Positions 62,002-64,000 of a stretch of DNA of 64,000 bases are shown here, piece after piece. Within the stretch, counting starts at the first letter, position 1, and every line of letters begins with the position of its first letter. The notes beneath the pieces are model-generated. The model had not been told where the DNA came from. It made no database searches and worked only from the letters and a program-made list of their open reading frames with translations. A program made the position numbers and the translations under genes. The stretch is taken from the NCBI RefSeq assembly GCF_009914755.1, contig NC_060926.1; one strand, given 5' to 3'. The stretch is from the human T2T-CHM13v2.0 reference genome, Homo sapiens.

Positions 62002-62388
62002 TGATATGGTTTGGCTGTGTCCCCACCCAGATATCATCTTGAATTGTCAGATATCATCTTGAATTGTAGCTCCCATAATCCCTACATGTCATGGGGGGCA
62101 CCTGGTGGGAGGTAATTGAATAATGGGGGCGAGTTTTGCCCATGCTGTTCTAGTGATAATGAATAAGTCTCATGAGAGCTGATGGTTTTATAAAGAGGAA
62201 CGTGTCCCCTGCACACGTTCTCTTGCCTGCCACCATGTAAGATGTGCCGTTGCTCTTCCTTCACATTCCACCATGATTGTGAGGCCTCCCCAGCCATGTG
62301 GAACAGTGAGTCCATTAAACCTCTTTTTCTTTATACATTACCCAGTCTCAGGTGTTTCTTTATGGCAGTGTGAAAATGGACTAATACA
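62002..62388 (+). mobile_element. THE1-family (MaLR) solo LTR inserted in a MIR
   Basis: tgatatggtttggctgtgtcccc...ggactaataca; 5-bp TSD gtacc/gcacc. Confidence 0.9.
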
Positions 62389-63499
62389 GCACCTCACATC
62401 TCATCCCAACACAAGCAGTTGTAATCGGGTAAGATCACTCATAATACAAGCATTTGTCAGATGCTGAAAGAACACAAAGGAAATCAGCTTCCACTAATTT
62501 AGATCATTGATACTCACACGTTTAGTGTAAATTTATAACATTTCATTGTTTCATTGTGTACACTTTCTGTCATGAAAGATTCCTATTTTCTAGGCACTTT
62601 TAACTTTTTCTTCTCTACTCATGAACAAACTAGCCCTGCTCACTGTCTCTCAACTAAATGTTCATTAAGTGCCAGTCCCTACTGCTCCACACTCATTTTA
62701 CCATTACTAGTAATATTTAATAGAATATTAATTCTATCACTCAGTTTTGGGTATCCAGATGCTCCAAAGAGTTTTCTGATGACGTCTTCTGAGGAACTGA
62801 TTTTTCTTAGGTTATACTGGGCCACATTTTAATGAGAACTGGTTTGAACAAAATAAGAAAAGTAAATGATAATTATTGTGGCGATATTCCTCATAGAAAA
62901 AAAGAAAAATAAATAAATGCCAGCAAAGAGAGCTTTACTCTTTGTTGCTGAAGAAACTAATTTATCTTGTCATTAAAAGTAGAAAATTATATAAAGGAAG
63001 AGTGACCAGAGGTGTGGTATCATTTGCTATGATTCTAACTTCATTGTGACTTTCGTACTTTTTTTCTGTAGACAGAACGACAGGTAGTTTGCAAATCTTC
63101 AGTGAGTGGATTCTGAGAGGGTTAAGGTGAAATAGTCATTGATTACCAACATAAGGTCTCTGGAGCCTTAGTGGTGTCTGACCATATGTTGTAAACATAT
63201 CATGCATAAATCACAGAAATTCACACTAGAAGAGAGCTAATAGCCTCCAGCTGGGACTCATAGGTTGCTCTGTGCATGTCTACTGTTTCTGATTACTCAA
63301 GGTCTTCAGAGCCTTTGTGGGTAGGAGCTATAATGCTGGTTTCTATTTGATTTTATAAGCTTCATAGCCAAAGAATACTTTTTGTAACATCCATAGATCT
63401 ACCAAAAGATTCCCAGACTCTGGCCCAATTTTCTTGTTTCCTAGACCATTATTTCCCAGACAGTGATTGGAGGAATACTACTGTTCTGCTGGACTAATG

Positions 63500-64000
63500 A
63501 AGTGCCACTCCACATCCACCAGAATGGCTACAACTTAAAAAGGCTTATCATACTGTTTGTGAGAATCTAGAGCTACAGAAGCTGTCAGAGACTTCAGGTA
63601 GGAATGTAAACTAGTATAACCACTTAGAAAAATGGTTTGGCATTACCAACTGAACGTGAGTCTACTCTGTGAGCCAGCAAGTGCCACTCTTAGGCATATA
63701 CCTGACAGAAATGTGTGTGTGTACAAGAATGCCTGTGGAAGCATTATTGAAAACAGGTCAAACAAGAAAGAACAGAAATATCTTGAACAGGAGAATGGAT
63801 ATAAGAATTGTGGTGTATTCTGAATCTATAGTATCATACTAACATGAAAATGAAAAACTGCAGCTACCCACAGAAATATGCTGGATTTCACAAATCTGAG
63901 GCTGAGGACGAAGAAGGTATGTAAGCAAAACATTATTAAATTTAAAAACAGGACTGGGCGTGGTGGCTCAAACCTATAATCTCAACATTTTTGAAGGCTG
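63500..64000 (+). mobile_element. old L1M 3' fragment followed by the start of an Alu (63953-64000)
   Basis: Decayed L1 ORF2/3' UTR motifs; ctgggcgtggtggctca at the window end. Confidence 0.7.

Overview
Primate (very likely human) genomic DNA holding the 5' half of the voltage-gated sodium channel gene SCN3A (Nav1.3) on the minus strand. It contains the promoter and first non-coding exon (~59.2-59.4 kb), a second non-coding exon (41883-42079) and coding exons 1-10 (31726 down to 2070). Using one copy of exon 5, these splice into an open 1671-nt frame (557 codons: N-terminus, domain I, start of the I-II linker). The gene continues beyond the left edge of the window. Known features that can be read directly are a U12-type AT-AC intron (24158-25761) and the tandem mutually exclusive exons 5N/5A. 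The rest is AT-rich intron and upstream sequence with Alu, L1, L2, MIR, hAT/MER and MaLR LTR repeats; most ORF-track entries are noise. I found no evidence of a wholly new gene system. The least-explained signals are: a 78-bp, 96%-identical inverted duplication 1.45 kb apart in the intron before coding exon 4; a perfect 24-nt intronic copy of coding exon 10; an RBFOX/QKI/PTB motif cluster downstream of exon 5A; a leader with 8 upstream AUGs and a 96-codon overlapping ORF; strong plus-strand splice donors in intron 1 (possible antisense or SCN2A far-upstream exon); and CTCF and RFX motifs. Repeat subfamily calls and boundaries are by eye and approximate.
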